NCBI GenBank assembly: GCA_038087875.1
Contig: CM075997.1
Location: 4,962,001 to 5,026,000, forward strand
Direction: 5' to 3'
From: Malacoraja senta
Lineage: Eukaryota
Length of the DNA: 64,000 nt
Shown here: one piece after another, positions 1 to 11,905 of the stretch
How the letters are laid out: each line of letters opens with the position of its first letter
Position numbering within the stretch: the first letter of the stretch is position 1
The notes under the pieces: model-generated
What the model was told of the DNA's origin: nothing
Database searches by the model: none
The model's input: the letters and a program-made list of their open reading frames with translations, nothing else
Translations under genes and position numbers: made by a program

Positions 1-543
1 CCCGTACCTGCCTTCTCTCCATACCCCCTGATCCCTTTAGCCACAAGGGCCACATCTAACTCCCTCTTAAATATAGCCAATGAACTGGCCTCAACTACCC
101 TCTGTGGCAGAGAGTTCCAGAGATTCACCATTCTCTGTGTGAAAACGTTTTTCCTCATCTCGGTCTTAAAGGATTTCCCCCTTATCCTTAAGCTGTGACC
201 CCTTGTCCTGGACTTCCCCAACATCGGGAACAATCCTCCTGCATCTAGCCTGTCCAACCCCATAAGAATTTTGTACGTTTCTATAAGATCCCCTCTCAAT
301 CTCCTACATTCTAGCGAGTATAAGCCAAGTCTATCCAGTCTTTCTTCATATGAAAGTCCTGACATCCCAGGAATCAGTCTGGTGAACCTTCTCTGTACTC
401 CCTCTATGGCAATAATGTCCTTCCTCAGATTTGGAGACCAAAACTGTACGCAATACTCCAGGTGTGGTCTCACCAAGACCCTGTACAACTGCAGTAGAAC
501 CTCCCTGCTCCTATACTCAAATCCTCTTGCTATGAAGGCCAAC
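1..543 (-). mobile_element. CR1-clade LINE, 5'-truncated ORF2 C-terminal fragment (continues off the window start)
   Basis: Minus strand encodes SREVLLQLYRVLVRPHLEYCVQFWSP...GYGEKAGTG; same subfamily as 36603-37311. Confidence 0.9.
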
Positions 544-1210
544 GTGGTTCGAGGTTACATGACGCGTAAAAGGCGGGCCGACTGCGTATGGGCGTCGCGC
601 GGCGTCGCATGTTTTACGAACGTTGACGTACGGTGACGTAACCACGTGGCACCACGCGATACACCGTGCTTAGCCAATGTGTCAGCGTACGTAACCAATG
701 TGTAAGCGTGCTTACGCGATACGTCACGCAGGTGGCGCGCGAGGATTTCGTTACATTATGAAATCCTGGAGCTCCGCGCGGTACAGCGTGCCACCGCATG
801 CGATTCCACGCCTCACCATGCGCAATGCGTGCATCACCCACGCACACCCCACGCGTCACGACACGTCGACCTATTTTACAGCCCCTTTACTCCAGCTTTT
901 AGTGTCTATCCACAGAAGAAAATAAAGTTTTCATCGAAGAAAGAATGAGAGTGAGATATGTACTCAGCCGTAATTCCAAATTCGCTGATTTTACTTCAGT
1001 TGTGCTCTTGAGACCAAACGTTGATGAATTCCTCAAGTGAAATTTCTTTTAATAACTGTAGGTTTCTGATTTTGCTGAACACTGATTAAAAACAGGAACA
1101 AAATATGTTCTGAACTAAGGTGAGATTAAGAGATTTTAAAATGGAGCTAAATTATAGCCATAGAGTTGTACAACACAGAACAGGCCCTTTGGCCCAACGT
1201 CCCTGGGACT

Positions 1211-1541
1211 AAGGTGGACACAAAAGGCTGGAGTAACACAGCGGGACAGGCAACATCTCTTCAGAGAAGGATTGGGTGATGTTTCGGGTCGAGACCCTTC
1301 TTCAGACTGAAGAGGGAAAGATAGATCAGCCACGATTGAATGGCGGAGTAGACTTGATGGGCCGGATGCCCTAAAGTTCTGCTCCTATAACTTAGAAACT
1401 CATGAACTTATGAACAGTAGGTCAGTGGTGAACAGCCATCTTGAGTCTGAAGAAGGGTCTTGACCCGAAACGTCACCCAATCCTTCTCTCCAGAGATGCT
1501 GCCTGCCCCGCTGAGCTACTCCAGCTTTTTGTGCCTATCTT
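1211..1541. mobile_element. Composite non-autonomous PLE derivative: pLTR(-) / CR1 3'UTR plus ~30 bp cargo / pLTR(+), copy 1
   Basis: Two oppositely oriented pLTRs with hammerhead cores (~1278-1305 minus, 1447-1474 plus); same cargo and junctions as 60072-60734. Confidence 0.75.
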
Positions 1542-1557
1542 AAGCAAAAGAAAGATA

Positions 1558-1890
1558 GGGCGGCATGGTGGCTCAGCGGTAGAGTTGCTGCCTTACAGAG
1601 CTTGCAGCGCTGGAGACCCCAGTTCGATCCTGACTACGGGCGCTGACTGTACGGAGTTTGTACGTTCTCCCCATGGCCTGCGTGGATTTTCTCCAAGATC
1701 TTCGGTTTCCTCCCACACTCCAAAGACGTACCGGTTTGTAGGTTATTTGGCTTCGGTAAAAATTGTAAACTGTCCCTAGTGTGTGCAGGATGGTATTAGT
1801 GTGCGGCGATCGCTGGTCGGCACAGACTCAGTGGGCCGAAGGGCCTGTTTCCGCGCTGTATCTCTAAACTAAACTAAACTAACCTAAACT
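1558..1890 (+). mobile_element. tRNA-derived V-type SINE (HE1-like), full length
   Basis: A box GGTGGCTCAGCGGTAG, B box GTTCGATCC, V-like core GTTCTCCCC..GGTTTCCTCCCACA, CR1-like 3' end GGGCCGAAGGGCCTGTTTCC, (AAACT)n tail. Confidence 0.9.
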
Positions 1891-1896
1891 AAAATT

Positions 1897-2092
1897 GAAG
1901 ATAGACACAAAATGCTGGAGTAACTCAGCGGGACAGGCAGCATCTCTGGAGAGAAGGAATGGGTGACGTTTCCGGTCGAGACCCTCCATTTCTTCTCTCC
2001 AGAGATGCTGCCTGTCCCGCTGAGTTACTCCAGCTTTCTGTGTCCATCTTTGGTTTAAACCAGCATCTGCAGTTCCTTCTTACACATCTTCT
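1897..2092. mobile_element. Fold-back pLTR mini-element (PLE-derived)
   Basis: Inverted pLTR halves; 12-bp direct repeat TAAACTAAAATT at 1885-1896 and 2093-2104. Confidence 0.8.
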
Positions 2093-2107
2093 TAAACTAA
2101 AATTAGA

Positions 2108-2456
2108 TAATAGACAATAGACAATAATTTACAGATAAATTAACCTACAAACCTGCACATCTTTGGGATAGACAATAGACAATAGGTGCAGGAGTCGGCC
2201 ATTCGGCCCTTCGAGCCAGCACCGCCATTCAATGTGATCATGGCTGATCATCCCCAATCAGTACCCCGTTCCTGCCTTCTCCCCATATCCCCTGACTCCG
2301 CTATCTTTAAGAGCCCTATCTAGCTCTCTCTTGAAAGCATCCAGAGAACCTGCCTCCACCGCCCTCTGAGGCAGAGAATTCCACAGACTCACAACTCTCT
2401 GTGAGAAAAAGTGTTTCCTCGTCTCCGTTCTAAATGCCTTACCCCTTATTCTTAAA
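2108..2456 (-). mobile_element. CR1 3' end followed by a ~45 bp SINE-derived flank and a second (TATTGTC) tail
   Basis: RIRGKAFRTETRKHFFSQRVVSLWNSLP..GTGY; tail junction matches those at ~15170-15215 and ~51770-51805. Confidence 0.8.
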
Positions 2457-2917
2457 TGGATCTGGATTTCCATCCAAAAGCAGAAGGAGCAGCGCGGGGA
2501 GGGACGGAGGCTGCGCCTTCCAGCACGATCATGCCTATTCAGCTGGAATCTGCGCTCCCCGCTCTTCAAAGTGCCGCGTCAGCAACTCAGATAGTGTGAC
2601 TGACAGTGATGGATGACCAGGGTGGCTTGGCCATATGCTGATGATAATCTTGCATAAGACTCCTCGTTTCAAAATGCGAGATCAACCTTAACCACTTACG
2701 CAGCTTGGGCGATATAGTGAAAAGCAGTGGAAGGGGGGATGTGGGCTGTGTGGGTGGGTGGGGGCGGAATCGTGGAGCCGCAGTGTGGGGGGGGGGGTTT
2801 GCAGTGAAATAAATGGACTGACACTGTCTCGAGCGTTGGGGGAGGGTAAACCATCGATCTTGTTAAGGAGAAAGAGCATAATTTCTTGCACTTCACACTG
2901 ACGTTCGGGTACGGCAT

Positions 2918-3358
2918 GTTTAAGAAAGAACCGCAGATGCAGGAAAAATCGAAGGTAGACAAAAATGCTGGAGAAACTCAGTGGGTGAGGCAGCATCTAT
3001 GGAGCGAAGGAATAGGTGACGTTTCGGGTCGAGACCCTTCTTCAGACTCATGTCGGGTGGGGGGGGGGGTGGGAAGAAGAAAGGAAAAGGTGAAGACAGT
3101 GGGCTGTGGGAGAGCTGGGAAGGGGAGGGGAAAGAGGGAGAAAGCAGGGACTACCTGAAATTGGAGGTCAATGTTCATGCCACTGGGGTGCAGACTACCC
3201 AAGCGAAATATGAGGCGCTGCCCCTCCAATTTGCGGTGGGACTCACTCTGGCCATGGAGGAGGCCCAGGACAGAAAGGTCGGATTCAGAATGAGAGGGGG
3301 TGTTGAAGTGCTGAGCCACCGGGAGATCAGGTTGGTTATTACGTACTGAGCGGAGGTG
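2918..3358 (-). mobile_element. Penelope-like element 3' fragment (GIY-YIG C-terminus plus pLTR)
   Basis: AQHFNTPSHSESDLSVLGLLH..KLEGQRLIFRLGSLHPSGMNI followed by pLTR. Confidence 0.88.
3018..3045 (-). ncRNA. Minimal hammerhead ribozyme motif in pLTR (representative copy; many others in window)
   Basis: Minus strand CTGAAGA-A-GGGT CTCG ACCC-GAAAC-GTC: CUGANGA box, 4-bp stem II, GAAA box, palindromic ACGT stem III, GUC cleavage triplet. Confidence 0.7.
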
Positions 3359-4082
3359 TATGGTACTTTATTTTATTTATCACATGTACCGAGGTACACT
3401 GAAATTCAGTTTTGTAGACAGTTCAGTACAGGTATCACGAGACATACGCAGAAATGGACAACAAGAGCTGGAGTAACTCAGCGGGTCAGTCATCGTCTCT
3501 GGAGAAAAGGAATAGGTGACGTTTCAGGTCTCGACCCAAGAGGTCACCTATTCCTTCTCTCCGGAGATGCTGTCTGACCCGCTGAGTTACTCCAGCTTTT
3601 TGTGTCTGTCTTCGGGTTTAAACCAGCATCTGCAGTTCCTTCCTACACCGCACACACGCACTTAGGTACAGAAAATCCTCGACACCCAGAGTTTTTGCAG
3701 CCAAGGAAGGACTTTTAGCAGGGGAAATGTGGTGGACCTCATAGAAATGTACCGAATAGTGAAAGGCCTGGATAGAGTGGATGTGGAGAGGATGTTTCCA
3801 TGAAGGTCATAAGGTCATTTGAAAGGAGCAGAATTAGGCCATTCGGCCCATCAAGCCTACTCCGCCATTAAATCATGGCTGATCTATCTCTTCCTCCTAA
3901 CCCCATTCTCCTGCCTTCTCCCCATAACCCCAGACAACCGTACTAATCAAGTATCTATCTATCTCTGCTTTAAAATCCATCCATTGACTTGGCCACTGCC
4001 TTCTGTGGCAAAGAATTCCATAGATTCACCGCCCTTCTTCAGACTATCTGGGCCAAAGATCCTGTTTCCATGTTATATGACT

Positions 4083-4622
4083 CGGTGATTGGGACCCCAG
4101 TTATTTACAATATATATTAACGATTTAGAAGAAGGAATTAAATGTGACATCTCCAGGTTTGTGGATGTCACATTTAAGATGGGTGGCAGTGTGAGCTGCG
4201 AGGAGGATGCTATGAGGCTGCAGGGTGACGTGGATAGTTTGGGTGAGTGGGCAGGTGCAGTATAATGTGGATAAATGTGAGGTTAGCCACTTTGTTGGCA
4301 TGAACAGGAAGGCAGATTATTATCTGAATGGTGTCAGATTTGGGAAAGGGGAGGTGCAACGAGACCTGGGTGTCCTTGTACATCAGTCACTGCAAGTAAG
4401 CATGCAGGTACAGCAGGCAGTGAAGAAAGCCAATGGCATGTTGGCCTTCATTGCAAGAGTATAGGAGCAAGGAGGTCCTACTGCAGTTGTACAGGGCCCT
4501 GGTGAGACCACACCTGGAGTATTGTGTGCAGATTTGGTCTCCTAATTTGAGGAAGGACATTCTTGCTATTGAGGGAGTGCAGTATAGGTTCAGCAGATTA
4601 ATTCCTGGGATGGCGGGATTTA
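4083..4622 (+). mobile_element. Degenerate CR1 LINE RT-domain fragment
   Basis: LFTIYINDL; VDKCEV; RDLGVLVHQSL; RPHLEYCVQ, with frameshifts. Confidence 0.85.
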
Positions 4623-5899
4623 CGTAGAGTGTATCTTTCATTCATTTGTTCTATATCTCTCTGTATCACCATCTATCTCTCTGCTCCCCTCCCCTCCTGA
4701 CTCTCAGTCTGAAGAAGGGTCTCGACCCGAAACATCACCCATTCCTTCTCTCCAGAGATGCTGCCTGTCCCGCTGAGTTACCAGCATTTTGTGTCTACCT
4801 TAAGCGTTTAACATATTGCGGTTCCGACCTGTTCTATTCCAGCAGTGGCCCCTTTATTTGTACCCTGGGCCTCCTTCAATCGGAGGAACGGAGCCTCACT
4901 CTAGGTTGCTAGGCGATAGGCCCGATCCGGAGCCTCAGTGGATTCCTGGGCCGTGGACGTGCGGTTTAGATCCCAAAAGCAGGGCACGGTTCCACACTTC
5001 TCCACCATCTGCTGCTCTGCAAACAAGGAGGAACCCAGTCCTCTGGTGGTTTCACCTGAAGTTGATTAATAAGGCATTGTGCTCCGACGCAGAGGCAAGG
5101 CTGGGGGAAAAAGTGACACTGATTTATTTGCAGACGGTCTTTCCTCTGCGCTGGTGTTTTAAGTTTATGTAAAGGAGGAGGTCAGCATCGGGTGGCAAAC
5201 AAGAGGTGAAATTGGGAAACCAGTTGAAACAAATCCCCAAAAAGAGAGTTTGGAGTGTGGACTCCTGCTTTCTTGGTCCGAAAGGGTTCGAAGAGACAGG
5301 GTTCACTGCCTGAGCCAGGGATCAAATCCAGGTGGCTCACAAGTTCAGATGTTCACAGGAGCAGAATTTGGCCCTTCGGCCCATCGAGTCTGCTCCGCCA
5401 TTCAATCACGGCTGATCTATCTTTCCCTCATGAGTTCATAAGTGATAGGAGCAGAATTGGGCCCTTCGGCCCATCGAGTCTACTCCGCCGTTCCATCATA
5501 GTTGATCTACCTCTCCTTCTCAACCCCATTCTCCTGCCTTCTCCCCATATCCCCAGACTATCATCTCCTCTAAACATCCAGCAACCCTCCTCTGTCGCAA
5601 AGAATTCCACAGATCACCACCCTCTGGAGAAAAAGTGTTTCCTCGTCTCCTTCCTAAAGGTTTCATTCTGAAGCTCGACCTGTGGACGTTATACTGAGAG
5701 GGTGATGGATGTGGAACGAGCCGTCAGAGGAGAATAGAAGTTTCTGAGGACCAGGGAACAGGTTTAAAGTAAGGGTAGGTACACAAAAAAGAATGCAGAT
5801 GCTGGAACAATCGAAGGGTAGACAAAAATTGAAGGTAGACAGAAAATTGAAGGTAGACAAAAATGCTGTAGAAACTCAGCGGGTGAGGCAGCATCTATG

Positions 5900-6099
5900 N
5901 NNNNNNNNNNNNNNNNNNNNNNNNNNNNNNNNNNNNNNNNNNNNNNNNNNNNNNNNNNNNNNNNNNNNNNNNNNNNNNNNNNNNNNNNNNNNNNNNNNNN
6001 NNNNNNNNNNNNNNNNNNNNNNNNNNNNNNNNNNNNNNNNNNNNNNNNNNNNNNNNNNNNNNNNNNNNNNNNNNNNNNNNNNNNNNNNNNNNNNNNNNN
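5900..6099. other. Assembly gap (200 N)
   Basis: Run of N. Confidence 1.
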
Positions 6100-6779
6100 C
6101 ACAATCGAGGCCCGAAGCCTGCTAGAAGTGCCAAAAAGTAGCGTGAATTTTTGAACTGTGTGGGAGATTGGGGGAGGTGGAGGGGGGGAGGAGGGGGGGA
6201 ACTGCAGTCCGAGATTAATTGATCTCCGAATCCACTTCACCTCAGAGTGGGATGGCGTTCTGATTTTTCCATCATCAATCCCAGCCGATCCTATTTCATG
6301 TGCACTCATTACCTCTACAGAGACTTAAACACTGCGGCTCAGTCTATCAATCAGCATTGAAGTTTAGCGATGCTGGAGCTGTATTCATTGCCTTATTGAT
6401 CAGTACCAGGCACTTGGATGAAGTTTCAATTAATTTGCTTGCACTGTGTATCGTGCACAATAATTAATGATTAATCCTGATAATTCTCGGGTCAGGAAGT
6501 CAAGTTATTCCTTGTCCTGCTTAACGTATAGTTTGGTAAATTGATGATATAGTGAATGTAATAAACCTGGGCTGTGGAAAGGCTTTATTTATGAAGAGCA
6601 TTTGATGATTGATTGACTAATACATCTTTTCTTAAGAATGACAGGCCTTCATTGGCATAACCTTTTCCCTGCTCTCTTGTCTCCCATGAGTGATTTTGGT
6701 CACGCAGTCGTACAGCGCAGAACTGGCCCTTCGGCCCAACCTGCGCTCGGTCCGCCAAGGCCTGCTGGATCTCCCCGTT

Positions 6780-7075
6780 GCTAAGAATAAGGGGTAAGCC
6801 ATTTAGAACGGAGACGAGGAAACACTTTTTCTCACAGAGAGTGGTGAGTTTGTGGAATTCTCTGCCTCAGAGGGCGGTGGAGGCCGGTTCTCTGGATGCT
6901 TTCAAGAGAGAACTAGATAGGGCTTTTAGAAACAGCGGAGTCAGAGGATATGGGGAGAAGGCAAGAATGGGGTACTGATTGGGGATGAGCAGCCATGATC
7001 ATATTGAATGGCGGTGCTGGCTCGAAGGGTCGAATGGCCTACTCCTGCACCTGTCTATTGTCTATTGTCTATTGT
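6780..7075 (+). mobile_element. CR1 LINE 3' end
   Basis: LRIRGKPFRTETRKHFFSQRVVSLWNSLP, 3'UTR, (TATTGTC)n tail. Confidence 0.9.
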
Positions 7076-7089
7076 CATTTTTCCTGTAA

Positions 7090-7463
7090 AGGGCCTGTCC
7101 CACTTACGCGACCTTTACAGGCGACTGCCGGTACTCGTCAGAGGTCGCCGAAATTTTCAACATGTTGAAAGTTCAGCGGCGACCAGAAAGATGCTGCGGC
7201 TCTTTGGAGACCTCTCACAACCATAGGAGACCTCTCACAACCATAGGAGACCTCTCACAACCATACAGGTAACCCCTGGCGACATGTCGCAGGTGACCTC
7301 TCACGACCATAGGAGACCTCTCACAACTACGGTTGTGAGAGGTCTCCAAAGAGTCGTAGTGTCTTTCTGGTCGCCGTTGAATTTTCAACATGTTGAAAAT
7401 TTTGGCGACCTGTCACAGGTGGCAGCAGTCGCCTGTAAAGGTCGCGAAAGTGGGACAGACCCT
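7090..7463. mobile_element. PIF/Harbinger-type MITE, family A
   Basis: TIR AGGGCCTGTCCCACTT / AAGTGGGACAGACCCT; TAA TSD (7087-7089, 7464-7466); long internal inverted arms; internal 20-bp tandem GGAGACCTCTCACAACCATA x3. Confidence 0.85.
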
Positions 7464-7824
7464 TAACTCTGCTTCCCTTTCCCACACTGGCCTTCGTCTG
7501 AAGAAGAGTCTCGACCCGAAACGTCACCCATTCCTTCTCTCCACAGATGCTGCCTGTCCCGCTGAGTTACTCCAGCATTTTGGGCCTATCCACACTGACC
7601 TTTCTGTCCTGGGCATCCTCCGCTGTCGGAGTGTGGCCACACGCAAACTGGAGGAACAGCAGCTCATATTCAACTTGGGTAGCTCACAACCCAACCCAAT
7701 GTGAACATGGAATTCTCCAATTTTAGCGAACCCTCCCACAAATAACCTACCCCAGTTTTCCCACTCTCTTCCCACCCTTCCCCCCTTCCTGCCCCCTTTT
7801 CTTCCCTAGGCCTTACCATGCCGC

Positions 7825-8460
7825 ACATGTTCCCGATGTTGGGGGAGTCCAGAACCAGGGGTCACTGTGCGAGGATAAGTGGGAGGTCATTTAGGACTGA
7901 GATGAGTAAAGACTTCTTCACCCAGAGAGTTGTGAATCTGTGGAATTCTCTGCCACAGAAGGCAGTGGAGGCCAATTCACTGGATGTTTTCAAGAGAGAG
8001 TTATGGGGCTGTCCCACTGTACGAGCTCATTCAAGATCTCTCCCGAGTTTAAAAAAAAAATCGGACTCTTGGTAAGCACGGAGAATGTACGTAGCGGGTA
8101 CGTCGGAGCTCGGGACGTATCTTAGCGGCTCGTAACGCTAACGGCAGGTACTCGGGAAACGCGGTAAGCTCATGAAGACTCGTGCAGATTTTTCAACGTT
8201 GAAAAATGTCCACGAGAGCCCCGAGTACCTACGAGCGGCCATTACCGTAATTCTCTGAGAGAACTCTTGAATTAGCTCGTACAGTGGGACAGCCCCATTA
8301 GATTTAGCTCTTAAAGCTAAGGGAATCAAGGGATATGGGGAAAAAGCAGGATCGGGGTACTGATTCTGGATGATCAGCCATGATCATATTGAATGGCGGT
8401 GCTGGCTCGAAGGGCCGAATGGCCTACTCCTGCACCTATTGTCTATGTTTCTATGTTTCT
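7825..8460 (+). mobile_element. CR1 LINE 3' end interrupted by a MITE
   Basis: MFPMLGESRTRGH..FKREL|DLALKAKGIKGYG resumes after 8300; (CTATGTTT) tail. Confidence 0.88.
8004..8297. mobile_element. PIF/Harbinger-type MITE, family B
   Basis: Perfect 24-bp TIR TGGGGCTGTCCCACTGTACGAGCT; TTA TSD at 8001-8003 and 8298-8300, verified by rejoining the host CR1. Confidence 0.92.
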
Positions 8461-9769
8461 CCCCTTCTCCCCTTATGTCACTGAACTCAATGCAAAAAAA
8501 AGATGTTCTCTGTAGTCAGGTACACGTGACAATAAAGAACCCTTGGTTTTGTGTGACATTCCCGTAATGAACAGTGGTGCAGCGGTAGGTCGCTGCCTTA
8601 CAGCACCAGAGACCCCGGTTCATTCCTGAGTATGGGTGCTGTTCTCCCCGGATTATCTCCGAGTGCTCTGGTTTCCTCCAACATTCCAAAGATGTACACG
8701 TTTGGTTTGTAGGTTAATTGGCTTTATAAATTGCCCCTAGTGTGGGAATGAACTAGGGTGGTGAATCAATAGACAATAGACAATAGACAATAGGTGCAGT
8801 AGGCCATTCAGCCCTTCGAGCCAGCACCGCCATTCAATGTGATCATGGCTGATCATCCACAATCAGTACCCCGTTCCTGCCTTCTCCCCATATCCTCTGA
8901 CTGCCATCTGTGGAATTCATTGCCACAGAAGGCTGTGGAGGCCAAGTCAGTGGATAGATAGGTTCTTGATTAGTACTGGAGTCAGGGGTTATGGGGAGAA
9001 GGCAGGAGAATGGGGTTAGGAGGGAGAGATAGATCAGCCATGACTGAATGGCTGAGTAGACGATGGGCCGAATGGCCTGATTGTGCTCCTATCACATGAC
9101 CTTAGAGTATGGGTAATCGTTTGTCGGCATGGACTTGGTGGGCCGAAGGGCCTGTTTCCACGCTGGATCTGTAAACTAAACCAAAACTAAATGGAGGAGC
9201 TACGATTGTGGACGTCAATGGTCCATCAAGGAAACCAACATTCACACTTTTATAACTCGAGAGTCACACAGCAGAGAAACAGGCTCTAGTCCACTCCGAC
9301 CATCGAATGCCCATGAAACTCATCCCATTTTATTTTCCCGCATTCCCATCAACTCCCCCAGATTCCACCAATCACCCACGCACAGCCTACAGTTAACCTA
9401 CCGGCCCGCACAGCTCTGGGATGTGGGAGGATGCCAGAACATCCGGGGTCATCCCAAACATTGAGGTCAAACTTATTTCTAGTTTGTCTAGAGACAGGGC
9501 ATGGAGACAGGCCCTTCGGCCCACCGAGCCCATGCCAACCACCGATCCCCACACACTATTTGTAGGAAGAAACCGCTGATGCTGGTCTAAACCGAAGATA
9601 GACACAAAATGCTGGAGTAACTCAGCGGGGCCGGCAGCAACTCTGGAGAGAAGGAATGGGTGACGTTTCGGGTCGAGACCCTTCTTCCGACGGAGATTCA
9701 GGGGAGTGGGGAACTAGAGGTATGAAAAGAGACGGAACAAATGAAGAAATCAAGAATTAATTTGTTCTG

Positions 9770-10140
9770 TACTTGAATCTACCAATCTCCACCTTAAAAA
9801 TACCCAATGACTTGGCCTCCACAATGTGGCAATGAATTCCACAGATTCATCATCCTCTGGCTAAAGAAATTCCTCATCATCTCCTTTCTAAAGGTACATC
9901 CTTTTATTCTCAGGCTATGGCCTCTGCTCCTAGACTCTCCCACTAGTGGAAATATCCTCTCCACATCCACTCTAACCAGGCCTTTCACTGTATGTTTCAT
10001 TGAGGTGTCCCCTTCATCCTTCTAAACTCCAGCGAGTACAGGCCCAGTGCCGTCAAACACTCATCATATGTTAACCCAATTATCCCTGGGATCATTCTCG
10101 TAAATCTCCTCTGGACCCTCTCCAACGCCAGCACATCCTC
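9770..10140 (-). mobile_element. CR1 LINE fragment
   Basis: VDVERIFPLVGESRSRGHSLRIKG..NFFSQRMMNLWNSLP. Confidence 0.85.
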
Positions 10141-10144
10141 TCCC

Positions 10145-10588
10145 AGTGGTATTATGAGTGTGCTCAAGAAACCTTGCCTTGAAGGTTATTGGCTGCAACC
10201 TTCCCTCCATTGATGAACTATACACTGCAAGGGCCAGGAAGCGAGCGGGCAAGATCATCTCTGACCCCTCTCACCCTGGCCACAAACTCTTTGAATCACT
10301 TCCCTCTGGAAGGCGACTCCGGGCTGTCAAAGCTGCCACAGCCAGACATAAAAACAGCTTTTATCCATGAGTAGTTGCTCTACTCAATAACCAAAATACT
10401 GTAGCCTCCTTTTGCTCTGGTATTTTATTTAATTCACATGTTTAATGAATAATGTTTTATTATTAATATTTAATGTTTTATGTATCATTCCTAACTGTCA
10501 CTGTATGCCGTTGTCACTTGCGGGTGGAGCACCAAGGCAAATTCCTTGTATGTGAATACTTGGCCAATAAACTTATTCATTCATTCAT
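10145..10588 (+). mobile_element. Rex1/Babar-like LINE 3' end, (ATTC)n tail; second copy at ~41240-41530 (-)
   Basis: KIISDPSHPGHKLFESLPSGRRLRAVKAATARHKNSFYP; AATAAA then (CATT)n. Confidence 0.8.
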
Positions 10589-11056
10589 TGGTTGGGGCTT
10601 AGAGGGTCAGGAAGTTATTATATAGAGTTATAAGACGGCCGTTAGGCCACATTTGGGGATATTATGTGCAGTTCTGGTGGCCCCATTACAGGAAGGATGT
10701 GGAGGCTTTTGGAGAGGGTGCAGTTACTCCAGCATTTTGTGTCTATCTTCGGTTTAGACCAGCATCTGCAGTTCCCTCCTGCACATAGTGTGTGGGGATT
10801 GCTGCCTGGATTAGTGAGTATCAGCTACAAGGAGAGGCTGGTCAGACTTGGATTGTTTTCTCTCCAACGCCGGAGGTGGAGGGGAGACTAGATAGAGTAC
10901 GTAAATTAATGAGACCATTCTCATAAACCTCCCCTGGACCCTCTGGCTTTATAAGGCACCTGACCAGCGCCTTATAAAGCCTCAGCTCTATTTGTGTTCT
11001 GCTTGTGGCTGCAGCATAATCCCCAGAGGTTGTAGGGTTTCTGGTGGAGGGAGCCG

Positions 11057-11905
11057 GTCATCGAGGGTAAAGGTCGTCGAGGGTAAAGGTCGTCGAGGGT
11101 AGAGGTCATCGATGGTAAAGGTCGTCGAGGGTAGAGGTCATCGAGGATAGAGGTCATCGTGGGCAGAATTCAGCGAGGGTACTAGTCCTCAAGTTCCATG
11201 GCCATCGAGGGTGCTGGTGGTCCCGTGGTCGTCGAGGGCGTCTGTCGTCGAGGGTACCGGTCGTCAAGGGCGCCGGTTGTCAAGGTCAGCGGTCGTCGAC
11301 AGTAGAGGTCATCCAGGGCGGCGGTCGTCGAGGTCACCAGTCATCGAGGTCAGCGGAGTTTAGAAGGATGAGAGGGCATCTCATTGAAACATATAAGATT
11401 GTTAAGGGCTTGGACACACTAGAGGCAGGAAACATGTTCCCGATGTTGGGGGAGTCCAGTACCAGGGGCCACAGTTTAAGAATAAGGAGTAAGCCATTTA
11501 GAACGGAGACGAGGAAACACTTTTTCTCACAGAGAGTGATGAGTCTGTGGAACCTTAGAGGCAGGTTCTCTGGATACTTTCAAGAGAGCCAGATAGGGCT
11601 CTTAAAAATAGCGGAGTCAGGGGATATGGGGAGAAGGCAGGAACGGGGTACTGATTGGGGATGATCAGCCATGATCACATTGAATGGCGGTGCTGGCTCG
11701 AAGGGCCAAATGGCCTCCTCCTGCACCTATTGTCTAATGTCTATTGTCAAGGTCGATGGTCGCCAAGGGCGTCCGTCGTCAAGGACAGAGGTCGTCGAGG
11801 TCGCCGGTCGTCAAGGTCGATGGTCGTCAAGGTCGATGGTGGCAGAGGGCGCTGGCGGTCAAGGTCAGGCCGGCGGTTGAGTCATGGAGGGCGCTGGTGG
11901 TCGAG
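11057..11905. repeat. Degenerate GC-rich ~15-16 bp tandem repeat (GTCGTCGAGGGTAAAG-like), split by a CR1
   Basis: Repeated GGTCGTCGAGG / GGTCATCGAGG units at 11057-11354 and 11745-11905. Confidence 0.75.
11355..11747 (+). mobile_element. CR1 LINE 3' end
   Basis: RGHLIETYKIVKGLDTLEAGNMFPMLGES..; (TATTGTC) tail. Confidence 0.9.

Noticed and set aside
1558..1640. tRNA genes
   Set aside because: The A/B-box heads run directly into SINE core and tail; they are tRNA-derived SINEs.
7207..7330. CRISPR-like repeated 20-mers
   Set aside because: Adjacent tandem units without unique spacers, inside a MITE; eukaryotic context with no cas genes.
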